A DNA stretch of 64,000 nucleotides from a candidate division WOR-3 bacterium (GCA_016926475.1 JAFGON010000073.1:9942-73941), one strand, 5' to 3'. Counted from the stretch's first letter, positions 8,939-18,938 are shown. Program-made: numbers and translations. The notes: generated by a model from the sequence alone, not told the origin.

Positions 8939-9878
8939 TAATCACCCCCAGAAGGTCTTTAAGTTTTTCTGATTTAGGCGATTGTCTTAACTTCACAAGC
9001 GCCCTATCCTTTATCTGCCTTATCCTCTCTCTCGAAACGCCTAATTCTTGACCGATTTTTTCTAAAGAACAAGGCGTATTATCCTGAAGCCCAAAATATT
9101 TTTTCAGGACAAGTTGTTCCCTGTCTGTCAAATCTCTCATCAGTTTGTTTATCTCCTGTTCTTCAGCCTGCTTTAAATAAGACTCTTCAGGAGAGAGGTA
9201 AGAACTCTGCAAGCTGTCTTTGAAATAGGGGCTTGAAGGATCGAGCGAGATATCCTTTTGCGCGTATTGATAAGATTCTTCGATATCCCTTATGTCTACA
9301 TCGAGCATATCTGCCATTTCTTTTATCGTCATCTGAGAATGCTCAATATCCAATCCTTGTTCTCTGCTGCTCTTCAAAAGCTTTCTCAGTTTCGCCGCTC
9401 TGTTATAAGGCATATAAGCGATTTTCTGATTGGAGTATATGTACTGAAGCATTTTCTGCCTTATCCACCAAACGGCATAAGAGATGAATTTCGTACCGTA
9501 GTCAGGATCGAATCTGCTCGCCGCCTGAATCAGACCGGTGTTGCCTTCGTTGATTAAATCCATGGTGATGTTATGACTCTTGTCGAACCCCAGGGCGGTC
9601 TTCACCACAAATCTCAAATTAGCCCTTACGAGTTTGTTTATTGCTTCTATCCTCTCCGTTGGATTGCCGTATTTAATTTTTTTTCCAAGCTCTTTCTCTT
9701 CATCCCTGGAGAGCATTTTTTCTTTTTTCAAGTCTTTCTCGTACATTCCAAAAGTGTCTTCCGATATTCTTGTTGAAGCTGGAAGTTTTTTTTCTTCAAC
9801 GGGAGAAGCGGGTAAAAGATTTTGATCTTTAGCCGAAGGCAGAGCTAAAGAAGGCTTATCCCTATCTTCTTTTGCCAA
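8931..9878 (-). CDS. RNA polymerase sigma factor, sigma-70 family (RpoD/RpoS-like, short N-terminus)
   Basis: Region 2 (NLRFVV, YAVWWIRQ) and region 4 HTH (LEKIGQELGVSRERIRQIKDRAL). 8-nt overlap with purE. Confidence 0.85.
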   Translation of the reverse strand: MAKEDRDKPSLALPSAKDQNLLPASPVEEKKLPASTRISEDTFGMYEKDLKKEKMLSRDEEKELGKKIKYGNPTERIEAINKLVRANLRFVVKTALGFDKSHNITMDLINEGNTGLIQAASRFDPDYGTKFISYAVWWIRQKMLQYIYSNQKIAYMPYNRAAKLRKLLKSSREQGLDIEHSQMTIKEMADMLDVDIRDIEESYQYAQKDISLDPSSPYFKDSLQSSYLSPEESYLKQAEEQEINKLMRDLTDREQLVLKKYFGLQDNTPCSLEKIGQELGVSRERIRQIKDRALVKLRQSPKSEKLKDLLGVIND

Positions 9879-9890
9879 AACAGACCTCTT

Positions 9891-11333
9891 TCATTCATAT
9901 TCCCAAATATCGTCGCTTGAATTTGCCTCTCTGATTTTACCTTTCTCATCTACTAGAAATATATTTCTTCCTTCGATTTTCTTTGAGACAGGCATGTCGA
10001 GGATCTCGATGGAAATTTCCGGAAAGTCCTGTCCGAAAGGGCCGAAACGAGACAGTGTGGCCAGGACATCATCGGTTATTTGATCTTTTTTAGCAGAAAA
10101 ATCTATTCGGATTTTTCTGCGGAACAGTCCCCCCAAACCTGATTTTTCAAGAGCCTTGAAAAATTCGCCCACTTTCGAGCTCTCGATTTTTGCTCCGCAG
10201 GCTTTTTTGTGACCTCCAAAAGAGCTGAACAAGTTCTGTCGCTCTTCCAAAACCGACAGTACATCTCCATAAATCGTCCTTCCTTCAACTGTCTCAAAAG
10301 AATTTTCATCCAGAGCTCCGACGACGAAAGCCGGTTTGGTTTCAGAAAGGGTCAGCTTCGAGGCTATGGATCCGAGTATACCCCTGGGTGCATCTTTATC
10401 TCTAAAAACCACGAAATGTCCGATATTTTTTTTCATCGACTCCGCCTTCGAAAGAGCTGTTTCCCGCGCCTCAATCCATTTTCGGGATCTTTTCACCATG
10501 GACTCGGCGCTGGTGGTATCTGGACTGTCGGTTAAAAAGTTGAAAGAAAGAGATGATCCTTCTACTGACATATCCGATGATATTGGAGATATGATAATCC
10601 TCTTAATCTCTTCGGTGGTCTCGGGAACAGAGGATTCCTGAAACGAACACAAGAGGTCAATAGCCTGAAATCTGAATTTGTCAAGTGCTTCAATTCCTCT
10701 TTTCACGATTGTTCTGTTTTCTCCAACCAGTGGAACCCTGTCGCTGATAGTCCCGAGAGAAGCGAGCAGCCATAAATAAGGATCCTGTGAAAATTCAAGG
10801 GCAAATTTCAAAGCAAGACCGCTTCCGGAGAGATCATCGAAAAGATAATCGCTGTCATGCCTGTGACAATTCACTATTATTCTGTCTCCAAGATAAGATG
10901 CGGGGATTTGGTGATGGTCGGTGACAACGAGCTTGACCCCTTCATCGGACAGATAAGATGCTGCGACAGTATCCCTGCTGCAGCAATCTACGGTAATTAC
11001 CAGATCCGTTTTGTTTTTCTGTATTTCTCTCTTCAAAGATTCGAGGTTCATTCCGATCCCTTCGGCTTTTCTGTCCGGTATATATGCCCTGACCTTAGCC
11101 GCTGATGAAGATAGAGCAAGGTATAAAAGAGAAGCGGCTGAAATACCGTCGCAATCCTGATCCCCCCATATAAGTATCTGACCTTTGTTTTCCATGGTCT
11201 GCCTGATCACTTTCAAGGCTTTTTCAAATTGAGGAATGCCCGGGGAATCAAGCCAGATATCTTCCGTGAGAAAATTTTCTGTCAGATTCCTTTTAGAAAT
11301 CACCTTTTCGATGAACTTCTCAGCTGAAGGCAT
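9891..11333 (-). CDS. recJ: Single-stranded-DNA-specific exonuclease RecJ (short form, DHH/DHHA1)
   Basis: GDQDCDGISAASLL, YIPDRKAEGIGM, VTDHH and GGHKKACG motifs. At 480 aa it is shorter than classical RecJ. Confidence 0.8.
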   Translation of the reverse strand: MPSAEKFIEKVISKRNLTENFLTEDIWLDSPGIPQFEKALKVIRQTMENKGQILIWGDQDCDGISAASLLYLALSSSAAKVRAYIPDRKAEGIGMNLESLKREIQKNKTDLVITVDCCSRDTVAASYLSDEGVKLVVTDHHQIPASYLGDRIIVNCHRHDSDYLFDDLSGSGLALKFALEFSQDPYLWLLASLGTISDRVPLVGENRTIVKRGIEALDKFRFQAIDLLCSFQESSVPETTEEIKRIIISPISSDMSVEGSSLSFNFLTDSPDTTSAESMVKRSRKWIEARETALSKAESMKKNIGHFVVFRDKDAPRGILGSIASKLTLSETKPAFVVGALDENSFETVEGRTIYGDVLSVLEERQNLFSSFGGHKKACGAKIESSKVGEFFKALEKSGLGGLFRRKIRIDFSAKKDQITDDVLATLSRFGPFGQDFPEISIEILDMPVSKKIEGRNIFLVDEKGKIREANSSDDIWEYE

Positions 11334-12019
11334 ATCTTCCCGTTAATTTTCCCCTGAGAAACCGAAAGAAAAGAATTTTTCGCGAGTTCGAGGACAGCCA
11401 TAAAGCTGGCTATAATCCAGGGTTTGTCTTTTCTGTTGTCGAGAATTTCAGGAAATGGCACCTCTCTTGAAGGGTTTTCGAGCATGATATCTGTTATCCT
11501 GTCGATTCTATCTTCAAGAGGGATTTGATCTATTATGTATTTAAGAGACTTAATTTTTCTATACCTTTGTGTTAGTTCTCTCGCCGCGTTGATTAAAAAT
11601 ATCACATCCATGAATTTCTCTTTATCCTCTATCGCCGGTCTTGCGGCAGGTCTTATCTGAATGTGTCTCAATCCTTCATTTTCCATAGCTTTAAGTCTGC
11701 TCGCCGAGTCTCTGAAAAGCTGGTAGATAAGAAGCCTTTGAGTCAGTTCTTCTTTAGAAAGATCAGGCTCGGAAATTTCTTCGCTTCGAGGTGAAGGCAA
11801 CAAAGCTCTGGCTTTCATCCTCATCAATGTCGAAGCCATGTCGAGAAAATCGACCGCGATTTCCATGTCGAACTCTCTCATCACGTTTATATAAGCTAAG
11901 TACTCGTCTGTGATGTGAGAAATAGGTATGTCGTATATATCGAGCCGATCCCTTCTGATAAGGTATAACAAAAGTTCGAGAGGCCCTTCAAAAATTTCTA
12001 ATTTTACAGAAAATCCCAT
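11300..12019 (-). CDS. scpA: Segregation and condensation protein A
   Basis: N-terminal FEGPLELLLYLIRRDRLDIYDIPISHITDEYL is typical of ScpA. Confidence 0.85.
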   Translation of the reverse strand: MGFSVKLEIFEGPLELLLYLIRRDRLDIYDIPISHITDEYLAYINVMREFDMEIAVDFLDMASTLMRMKARALLPSPRSEEISEPDLSKEELTQRLLIYQLFRDSASRLKAMENEGLRHIQIRPAARPAIEDKEKFMDVIFLINAARELTQRYRKIKSLKYIIDQIPLEDRIDRITDIMLENPSREVPFPEILDNRKDKPWIIASFMAVLELAKNSFLSVSQGKINGKICLQLRSSSKR

Positions 12020-12056
12020 TACCCTTTAAAACCAAACATGTGTGAAATCTAAAATA

Positions 12057-14207
12057 TCACGAAAAGATTCTTTCGGGATAACATTTATCGCAAACCGGGC
12101 ACCACCAATGCCTGCAAGGTTCGCATTTAACGAGTTTTTCGCCGCAATCCGGGCAAGTTTTGGATGTCGATTTATCAATATCAGGTTCTTTGGCATAGAT
12201 AGGTTGAACGTATTCAGAGCAGTTTTCACACCAGTATTTGTTATACTTACTTACATAAGTTGTATTGCCGCCGCATTTAGGGCAGAGAACGGCGTTTTCT
12301 TCATTTTTTGAAAGAGGCTTTTCTTCGACAATCGGTTTGGAAGGTGGAACTACTTCAATTTTCTCAAGCCCGAAATCGAGCGGCATGTATTTTTCACAGT
12401 TGTCGCACCAGTATCTTTGATATTGCTCAATAAACCTGACTTTTTTACCGCAAAACGCGCATTTCAAGCCTTCATCTTCCGTGGATACTTGCTCAACAGC
12501 CGCTTCTAAAATTTCTTCATCCTCCTCTTGAGGACTGACTATTTCTATCTCTTTGATGTTTATTGCCTCTTCAGGGGCAGTGTCTTGTTTTTTTCCAAAG
12601 CCAACCGGCATATACTCTCCACAGGTGTCACACCAATACCTGTCATATTGTTCGATGTATCTTGTATTTTTATTGCATTTAGGACAGATAAGTGCCACAC
12701 CCTCTGATTCACCGGCTCCGACCACAGAAATCTGCTCGGCTTCATCGAGGTTCTCGACTTCTTCATTTTCAAATTCTAGGTCGAGATCGGCTGTCTCAGA
12801 CCTTTTAAAATCCTCAACTCGCTGGCTTACATCCAATGCTTCCGAAGTCGCTTCTTGTTCGGAGGTAAGATTCTCACTCTCCGGCATTGGAGCCACGGTT
12901 TCCTCCTCGAGAGGAACCGAAAGTTGCTCTTCTGTCAGGGAAATAGTGCCCAGATCAACAGCCTTTTCCTTGGATTGGATAATTTCATCGGAAACTGCCG
13001 AAGCAGTCTCTTCCTCTCGTGAAACATCTGTCTTATCGGGTTCATCGCCAACGGTGACAGGAGAACCCTTGAATCCGACCGGCATATACTCTCCGCAGTT
13101 GTCGCACCAAAACCTGTCATATTGAGCAATATACCTCACTTCTTCTTTGCATTTGGGACACCTGAGAACAAGTTGCTCTTCAACGTCCGTATCATCTTCT
13201 GAGGGCGCGACAACAGTTTTTACAAAATCCTGCGTTAAATCTTTTTGAACATAGGAAACCTGTTGATCCAAATCCTGGACAACAGTCGCTGTCTCCTCTT
13301 CTACGGGTTCTTGGGCATCAATGGTATCTTCCACTCTGCCAGTTTCGATAACTTCGGCTTCCTCAACCTGATCGAAAGCCAGTTTCACAGGTTCATCGGA
13401 GGTCGGTTTTTCAATACTCTCGGGGATTATCTCTATCTTGTGTTCCAGTATTTCAGCTTTCTTTTCAGTCGAGATTTCCGATTCTAAACCAACATATTCC
13501 AGGCATTTATCGCACCAATAGCGGCCGTATTCTTCTATCCTTCTCAAAGGAGCTCCGCACTTCGGACAGTTCTTTTCCGACACTTCCGCTTTTTCTTCAG
13601 CAATTTCCTTTGAAACCGACGGGTATGATTCTTCCTTTTCAGAAGCATATTCAAGGCAGACATCGCACCACCATTTTTTATACTCGTCTATGTATCGTAA
13701 AGGGGATTTGCAAACAGGGCATGTTCTTTCTTCTGGTTTGTCAGAGGGAGTTTCTTTTAATTGCACTGATTCTGGAACCGAGACGTTTTCTTCCTCCATT
13801 TCCGAATCTGTATCACTGGAGCTTTCTACAGGTTTCCCAAAGTTGACCGGCATGAATTCTGCACACATATCACACCAGTATCTGTCGTATTCTTCGAAAT
13901 ATTGAAGTTCATAATTGCATACAGGACATTTAAGCTTGTGTTCAGTTTCCAGCGGGACAGTTATTTCTTCAACAGGGCTCTCTTCAACAGCTGTTTCTGA
14001 TATCTCTTCTATGATTTCAGACTCGGCTTCCTTGCCGAATTCCGGTTCCATATATTTTGCGCAGGTATCGCACCAATACCTATCGTAGGGTTCAATATAT
14101 CGCAGAAAACTGCCGCAATCCGGGCACTTTAGAGCTTGATCCACTTTAACTGAATCCGAACTTTTGAGGTCTTTATCATTGAAAGGTATATCGGAATCAT
14201 CGAACAT
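12057..14207 (-). CDS. Acidic repeat protein with nine CxxC-x14-CxxC zinc-ribbon units, unknown function
   Basis: 716 aa. It has nine copies of CP.C...[LV]R[YF]IE.YDRYWCD.C.EYMP separated by E/S/T/V/P-rich acidic linkers. No signal peptide or TM segment. GGAGG RBS. Confidence 0.8.
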   Translation of the reverse strand: MFDDSDIPFNDKDLKSSDSVKVDQALKCPDCGSFLRYIEPYDRYWCDTCAKYMEPEFGKEAESEIIEEISETAVEESPVEEITVPLETEHKLKCPVCNYELQYFEEYDRYWCDMCAEFMPVNFGKPVESSSDTDSEMEEENVSVPESVQLKETPSDKPEERTCPVCKSPLRYIDEYKKWWCDVCLEYASEKEESYPSVSKEIAEEKAEVSEKNCPKCGAPLRRIEEYGRYWCDKCLEYVGLESEISTEKKAEILEHKIEIIPESIEKPTSDEPVKLAFDQVEEAEVIETGRVEDTIDAQEPVEEETATVVQDLDQQVSYVQKDLTQDFVKTVVAPSEDDTDVEEQLVLRCPKCKEEVRYIAQYDRFWCDNCGEYMPVGFKGSPVTVGDEPDKTDVSREEETASAVSDEIIQSKEKAVDLGTISLTEEQLSVPLEEETVAPMPESENLTSEQEATSEALDVSQRVEDFKRSETADLDLEFENEEVENLDEAEQISVVGAGESEGVALICPKCNKNTRYIEQYDRYWCDTCGEYMPVGFGKKQDTAPEEAINIKEIEIVSPQEEDEEILEAAVEQVSTEDEGLKCAFCGKKVRFIEQYQRYWCDNCEKYMPLDFGLEKIEVVPPSKPIVEEKPLSKNEENAVLCPKCGGNTTYVSKYNKYWCENCSEYVQPIYAKEPDIDKSTSKTCPDCGEKLVKCEPCRHWWCPVCDKCYPERIFS

Positions 14208-14241
14208 CTATACCTCCGTCAAAATGACATAAACGTTTTAT

Positions 14242-14270
14242 TTGCATATTTTCGACTAATAATATATACT
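14242..14270 (+). promoter_or_regulatory. Putative promoter of dapH
   Basis: Plus strand: TTGCAT, 17 nt, TATACT. Its -10 overlaps the -10 of the divergent minus-strand promoter. Confidence 0.4.
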
Positions 14271-14290
14271 GTCGTCAATTAAGTTGTCAA
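14263..14290 (-). promoter_or_regulatory. Putative promoter of the zinc-ribbon/scpA string
   Basis: Minus strand: TTGACA, 16 nt, TATATA, upstream of the GGAGG RBS. Confidence 0.4.
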
Positions 14291-14300
14291 GAAAATAACC

Positions 14301-14999
14301 ATGAATACAGAAGAAATAATAAGATACATATCGGAAAATCCCAGAAAAACACCTGTTAAAGCCTATATAAGAGGAAAGCCCAGAAATTTGGAAAACAGTA
14401 AAATCCGAATTTTCGGAGAAGGCAATTTTTGGATTGTCTTCGGGGACTACAAAGATGTATTATCGTTTCTGGAAGAGAACAAGGATTTCATAACCGATAG
14501 ACATATCGAAATTTCCGCCCGAAATTCTGCAGTTCCAACCGCTGATATTTCAAAATTCAACGCAAGAATAGAACCTGGCGCCATAATTCGAGAAATGACC
14601 CAAATTGGTGAAGGTGCTGTCATAATGATGGGAGCCGTGATAAACATCGGAGCAGTCATCGGTTCTAAGACAATGATAGACATGAATGCGGTGATAGGCG
14701 GCAGGGCTGTTGTTGGCGAAAAATGCCATATAGGAGCAGGCGCGGTAATAGCGGGTGTCATAGAACCTCCTTCCGCTAGACCTGTTGTAATTGGAAAAGG
14801 AGTTTTGGTTGGAGCCAACGCTGTTATACTGGAAGGCGTCGAGGTCGGCGAAGGTGCAGTTGTTGCCGCTGGAGCTGTCGTAATAGACGACATACCCGGA
14901 AATGAAGTTTGGGCGGGAGTTCCGGCAAAATTTATAAAAAAAACTGATTCTAAGACTTTGGAGAAATCAAAAATCGTCGAAGCCCTGAGAAATCTCTGA
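14301..14999 (+). CDS. dapH: 2,3,4,5-tetrahydropyridine-2,6-dicarboxylate N-acetyltransferase
   Basis: 232 aa with a DapH-type N-terminal domain followed by hexapeptide repeats (GAVIGSKTMIDMNAVIGGRAVVGEKCHIGAGAVIAG). Confidence 0.85.
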   Translation: MNTEEIIRYISENPRKTPVKAYIRGKPRNLENSKIRIFGEGNFWIVFGDYKDVLSFLEENKDFITDRHIEISARNSAVPTADISKFNARIEPGAIIREMTQIGEGAVIMMGAVINIGAVIGSKTMIDMNAVIGGRAVVGEKCHIGAGAVIAGVIEPPSARPVVIGKGVLVGANAVILEGVEVGEGAVVAAGAVVIDDIPGNEVWAGVPAKFIKKTDSKTLEKSKIVEALRNL

Positions 15000-16156
15000 T
15001 GCCATTCTTTTCATCTCTCTATAGACCTTTTGACTTTAAGGTGTCCTACGCCAGAGGAAATTACATTTACGACGAAAATGAAAATGCATACCTTGACGCT
15101 TTTTCGGGCATAGGAGTAAATATTTTCGGGCACAGAGACGAAGGCATCTTTAAAGCTATTACAACAAAATTAGAAAGGTTTGGACACATTTCAAACCTAA
15201 TCAAAGACGAAGATGCCGAAAGGGCAGCCGAAGCTATTGGAAGAAGATTTGACGTTTCTTCAAAAGTGATATTCGCCAATTCAGGGACAGAAGCCGTCGA
15301 GGCTGCTCTGAAGATTTTAAAAAAAAACAACCCCCAGGGATTGATAGTATCTTTCACCGGCAGTTTTCACGGACGTTCGGCGGGTAGTCTTTCACTTACC
15401 GGAATTGAAAGCATGAAAAAACAATTTCAGCCCTTGTTACCGAACACAGTAACCCTGCCTTTCAACGAAGCCTCTGTCTTCTGTGAATTCTGCAAAAAAA
15501 ACAAGGTCGCTGGAGTCTTCTTCGAAGCAATCCAGGGTTCAGGGGGAATTGTCCCCCTGAAAGACGATCTATCCCATGAAATAACAATCGCGCAAAAAGA
15601 TTACGGAATTGCCGTTGTGGCGGATGAAGTTCAAAGCGGACTCGGAAGGACCGGAAGTTTCTTCGCGTACGAAAACTTCGGCGTCAATCCCGACATTGTT
15701 ATATTGGGGAAAGCTCTCGGTGGAGGTATTCCTCTCGCGGCAGTCATCGCCAAAAACCCTTTCGGCCAAGTTTTAAAACAGGGAGAGCACGGTTCGACTT
15801 TTGCCCCAAATCCCGCAGCCCTATCCGCTTGCCTGGAAATACTAAGCCGCTTGACCCCTGAACTGATACTCCGAAACAAAGCCAGGGGTGAATACTTTTT
15901 TAAATCCCTGAAGTCTTTTCTTCCCTTAACTTGTCAAGTAAGAGGCAGGGGTTTGATGATAGGCATACAAACAGACAAAGACGCCAACTCCTTGAAAAAA
16001 TTCTGTTTCAAGGAAAAAATACTCATCAACACGATAGGCGACAGGATAATAAGGCTTCTTCCTCCCTTCACGATAACCGAAAAGGAAATTGACCGAATAT
16101 GCATGTGTCTGTCAAAAGCTGTCGAGCAGGCACCTTTTTTGATTCCTGGCAAATGA
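14999..16156 (+). CDS. Class-III PLP aminotransferase (acetylornithine / N-acyl-diaminopimelate aminotransferase type)
   Basis: ADEVQSGLGRTG, GKALGGGIPL and HGSTFAPNP motifs. TGATG overlap with dapH suggests the acetylase branch of DAP/lysine synthesis. Confidence 0.85.
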   Translation: MPFFSSLYRPFDFKVSYARGNYIYDENENAYLDAFSGIGVNIFGHRDEGIFKAITTKLERFGHISNLIKDEDAERAAEAIGRRFDVSSKVIFANSGTEAVEAALKILKKNNPQGLIVSFTGSFHGRSAGSLSLTGIESMKKQFQPLLPNTVTLPFNEASVFCEFCKKNKVAGVFFEAIQGSGGIVPLKDDLSHEITIAQKDYGIAVVADEVQSGLGRTGSFFAYENFGVNPDIVILGKALGGGIPLAAVIAKNPFGQVLKQGEHGSTFAPNPAALSACLEILSRLTPELILRNKARGEYFFKSLKSFLPLTCQVRGRGLMIGIQTDKDANSLKKFCFKEKILINTIGDRIIRLLPPFTITEKEIDRICMCLSKAVEQAPFLIPGK

Positions 16157-17460
16157 AAAAAAACTTCGATCCGAGAGAACTTGCTTTGTTCTTCTTGAAA
16201 GATTCCGCGCGTAGGAATCTCGGTTCGGACCTGTTTTTCAGCGAAGAGCTCTCTTCCCTGGGGAAAAAAGACCGCGCTTTTTGCTTCAACTTAGTCTTAA
16301 CTACGGTGAGAAATTACATTTTTCTGGATCATGCTTTGTCGAAACACCTCAAAAAAATCTCAGATTTGCCCCAAGAAATCCTCTGGATTCTCAGATTAGG
16401 AGCATCCCAAATAATTTTCTTTTCTTCCGTTCCCGATTACGCAGCGGTGGATACATCTGTGGAACTCGCGAAGAAGGCAGAAAACAAAAAATTCGCCGGG
16501 CTCGTGAACGCGGTGATGCGTAAGACTGCCAAAGACGAAAACGTTTTACCCGAAGGAGAAGACCCGGCGTCTTTATCCCTGCGCCATTCAGTCCCTCTTT
16601 GGCTCATAGGAAAGTGGAACAGAGATTTCGGCGACATGAGAACATCAGGGATTCTCGAGTTCTTTTCCTCCAGGCAACCAATTTGCTTCAGCGTTATAGA
16701 TCCCGCCCAAACTGAAAAGATCGTCTCGGAAGCGACAAAACAGGGTTTCAAAATCTCACCCGCGCACTTTTCAAAAAAGTGTTTTTATTCTGATCGATCA
16801 CTTATCTACAGCCGATTTTTCAAAGAAGGCTCCATAACAGTTCAAGATGAGAGTTCTGAACTCGTAGAAGAAGTCTTCGACTTTCCTCTTCTTGGAACGG
16901 TTTTCGATCTTTGCTGTGCACCCGGAGGGAAAACCGTATCAATTTCAACTGAAAGCTCTTATACATGCGCGTGCGACATCGAATTGGCTAAAATGAAAAG
17001 TGTCCTCGAAAATTCAAGAAGAATAGGCATTTCTGAAAAAATATCTCTTTGCGTCTCAGACGCGGTCCACCCCCCTTTCAGAGAAAATTCAGCAGACCTT
17101 GTCATAGCAGATGTGCCCTGTTCCGGGACAGGCACACTGCATAAAAACCCTGATATAAAATTAAAACTAAAAAAAACCTCTTTCAGAAACATAGCTTCCT
17201 TGCAATTTAAAATACTCTCTAGCGCATCAAAACTTGTCAAACGCAAGGGTTTGCTCTTATACTCAACATGCTCTCTTGAAAAGGAAGAAAATCATGAGGT
17301 GGTACAAAGGTTTTTAAAAGATTCCTGTGAATTCAGCGTCGTAAGACCAAAAAAAGAATTTTCCGCGTTTTCCGACGAAAATGGATTTTGCATTTTCACT
17401 CCTGATATTCACGGAATCAGCGGTTCTTTTGCCGCTCTGATGAAAAGAGACTGCTTATAG
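16153..17460 (+). CDS. rsmB: 16S rRNA (cytosine-C5)-methyltransferase RsmB/Sun
   Basis: NusB-like N-terminus. DLCCAPGGKT, ADVPCSGTGT and LLYSTCSL motifs. Start placed at the ATGA overlap (16153) rather than the track start 16099. Confidence 0.85.
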   Translation: MKKNFDPRELALFFLKDSARRNLGSDLFFSEELSSLGKKDRAFCFNLVLTTVRNYIFLDHALSKHLKKISDLPQEILWILRLGASQIIFFSSVPDYAAVDTSVELAKKAENKKFAGLVNAVMRKTAKDENVLPEGEDPASLSLRHSVPLWLIGKWNRDFGDMRTSGILEFFSSRQPICFSVIDPAQTEKIVSEATKQGFKISPAHFSKKCFYSDRSLIYSRFFKEGSITVQDESSELVEEVFDFPLLGTVFDLCCAPGGKTVSISTESSYTCACDIELAKMKSVLENSRRIGISEKISLCVSDAVHPPFRENSADLVIADVPCSGTGTLHKNPDIKLKLKKTSFRNIASLQFKILSSASKLVKRKGLLLYSTCSLEKEENHEVVQRFLKDSCEFSVVRPKKEFSAFSDENGFCIFTPDIHGISGSFAALMKRDCL

Positions 17461-17508
17461 TTGACTTTTAAAATACTGCCGCATTTACTTATAAAAAAGG
17501 AGAAAATT

Positions 17509-18909
17509 ATGAAAAATGAATACAAGGTATCGGATATTGGGCTTTCTTCTTGGGGTAGGATGGAAATTGACCTTGCAGAAAGAGAAATGCCCGGACTCAT
17601 GGATCTTAGAAAAAAATACGGCTCTTCAAAACCTCTCGCTGGAGCCAAGATCACCGGCTCTCTGCACATGACTATTCAGACCGCTGTCCTGATTGAAACT
17701 CTCACGGATCTCGGCGCCCAAGTCAGATGGTCGAGTTGCAATATCTTTTCCACCCAAGATCACGCCGCCGCGGCAATAGCTAAAAGAGGTATTCCTGTTT
17801 TCGCATGGAAAGGCGAGACACTTGAAGAGTATTGGAATTGCACCGAAAAAGCTTTGACTTTCCAGGAAAGCCAAGGGCCTGATCTTATAGTTGACGATGG
17901 AGGCGACGCCACCCTAATGGTTCATTTGGGTTACGCGGCCGAAGAAAACCCGTCGGTTCTCGAAGAAGAATCGCATTCCGAAGACGAAAAATTTCTGAAA
18001 GAACATCTCAAAATTACTCTCAGGGAAGACCCCGAAAAATGGCATAGATCAGCAAATTCGATAAAAGGCGTCTCCGAAGAAACCACTACAGGCGTTCAGA
18101 GACTCTACAAAATGAACAGAGATAAAAAACTTCTTTTTCCCGCTATGAACGTAAACGACTCGGTGACAAAATCCAAATTCGACAACATTTACGGATGCAG
18201 GGAATCCTTGATTGACGGAATAAAAAGAGCTACGGGAATCATGATTGCAGGAAAAAACGCGGTTGTCTGCGGATACGGCGACGTAGGAAAAGGATCCGCT
18301 CAAGCCCTGAAAAACTATAAAGCGAAAGTGTCAATCACCGAAATTGATCCAATCTGTGCCCTTCAAGCCGCAATGGAAGGTTTTGAAGTAAAAACTCTCG
18401 AAAACACTCTCTCAGAAACCGACATTTTCGTCACTGCTACCGGAAATCGGGACGTAATAACCCTCGAACATATGCTTGCGATGAAAGACCATGCAATTGT
18501 CTGCAACATAGGGCACTTTGACAACGAAATCCAAGTAAACAAACTGATGACCTATCCTGGTGTCAAAAGGACCACCGTTAAACCTCAAGTCGATATATTC
18601 ACTTTCTCTGACGGGCATTCAATTATTCTTCTTGCGGAAGGCAGGTTGGTCAATTTGGGATGCGCAGCGGGTCACCCGTCTTTTGTTATGAGCACATCCT
18701 TTTCGAATCAGGTGCTCGCTCAAATAGAACTTTTTTCAAAAAAGCGCTCCATCGGAGTTTACGTACTGCCTAAAATTCTCGACGAGGAAGTGGCGACGCT
18801 TCACCTTGAAAATCTCGGAATATCATTGACTAAATTAACACCCGAACAGGCTCAATACATCGGAGTGCCGGAGCAAGGTCCTTTTAAAAACGAGAATTAT
18901 CGTTACTGA
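17509..18909 (+). CDS. ahcY: Adenosylhomocysteinase
   Basis: [37 protein letters not shown] and NIGHFDNEI motifs. Start placed at the ATG after the AAGGAG RBS. Confidence 0.92.
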   Translation: MKNEYKVSDIGLSSWGRMEIDLAEREMPGLMDLRKKYGSSKPLAGAKITGSLHMTIQTAVLIETLTDLGAQVRWSSCNIFSTQDHAAAAIAKRGIPVFAWKGETLEEYWNCTEKALTFQESQGPDLIVDDGGDATLMVHLGYAAEENPSVLEEESHSEDEKFLKEHLKITLREDPEKWHRSANSIKGVSEETTTGVQRLYKMNRDKKLLFPAMNVNDSVTKSKFDNIYGCRESLIDGIKRATGIMIAGKNAVVCGYGDVGKGSAQALKNYKAKVSITEIDPICALQAAMEGFEVKTLENTLSETDIFVTATGNRDVITLEHMLAMKDHAIVCNIGHFDNEIQVNKLMTYPGVKRTTVKPQVDIFTFSDGHSIILLAEGRLVNLGCAAGHPSFVMSTSFSNQVLAQIELFSKKRSIGVYVLPKILDEEVATLHLENLGISLTKLTPEQAQYIGVPEQGPFKNENYRY

Positions 18910-18938
18910 TTGGGTTTTGTATTCACGGTAAAGATGGT

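Noticed and set aside
12553-13125. Long antisense or overlapping ORFs from the track, as independent genes. Examples: 12553-13125 (+), 14447-14893 (-), 1288-1782 (-), 5137-5556 (+), 42685-43134 (+), 44725-45132 (+), 46662-47120 (+), 13-384 (+)
   Set aside because: Each lies entirely inside a strongly supported gene on the other strand or frame. They have low-complexity or S/L/F/P-rich shadow-frame composition and no RBS. They mirror the repeats of the sense gene (for example PTGIYSPQ.SHQ.LSY twice, opposite the zinc-ribbon units).
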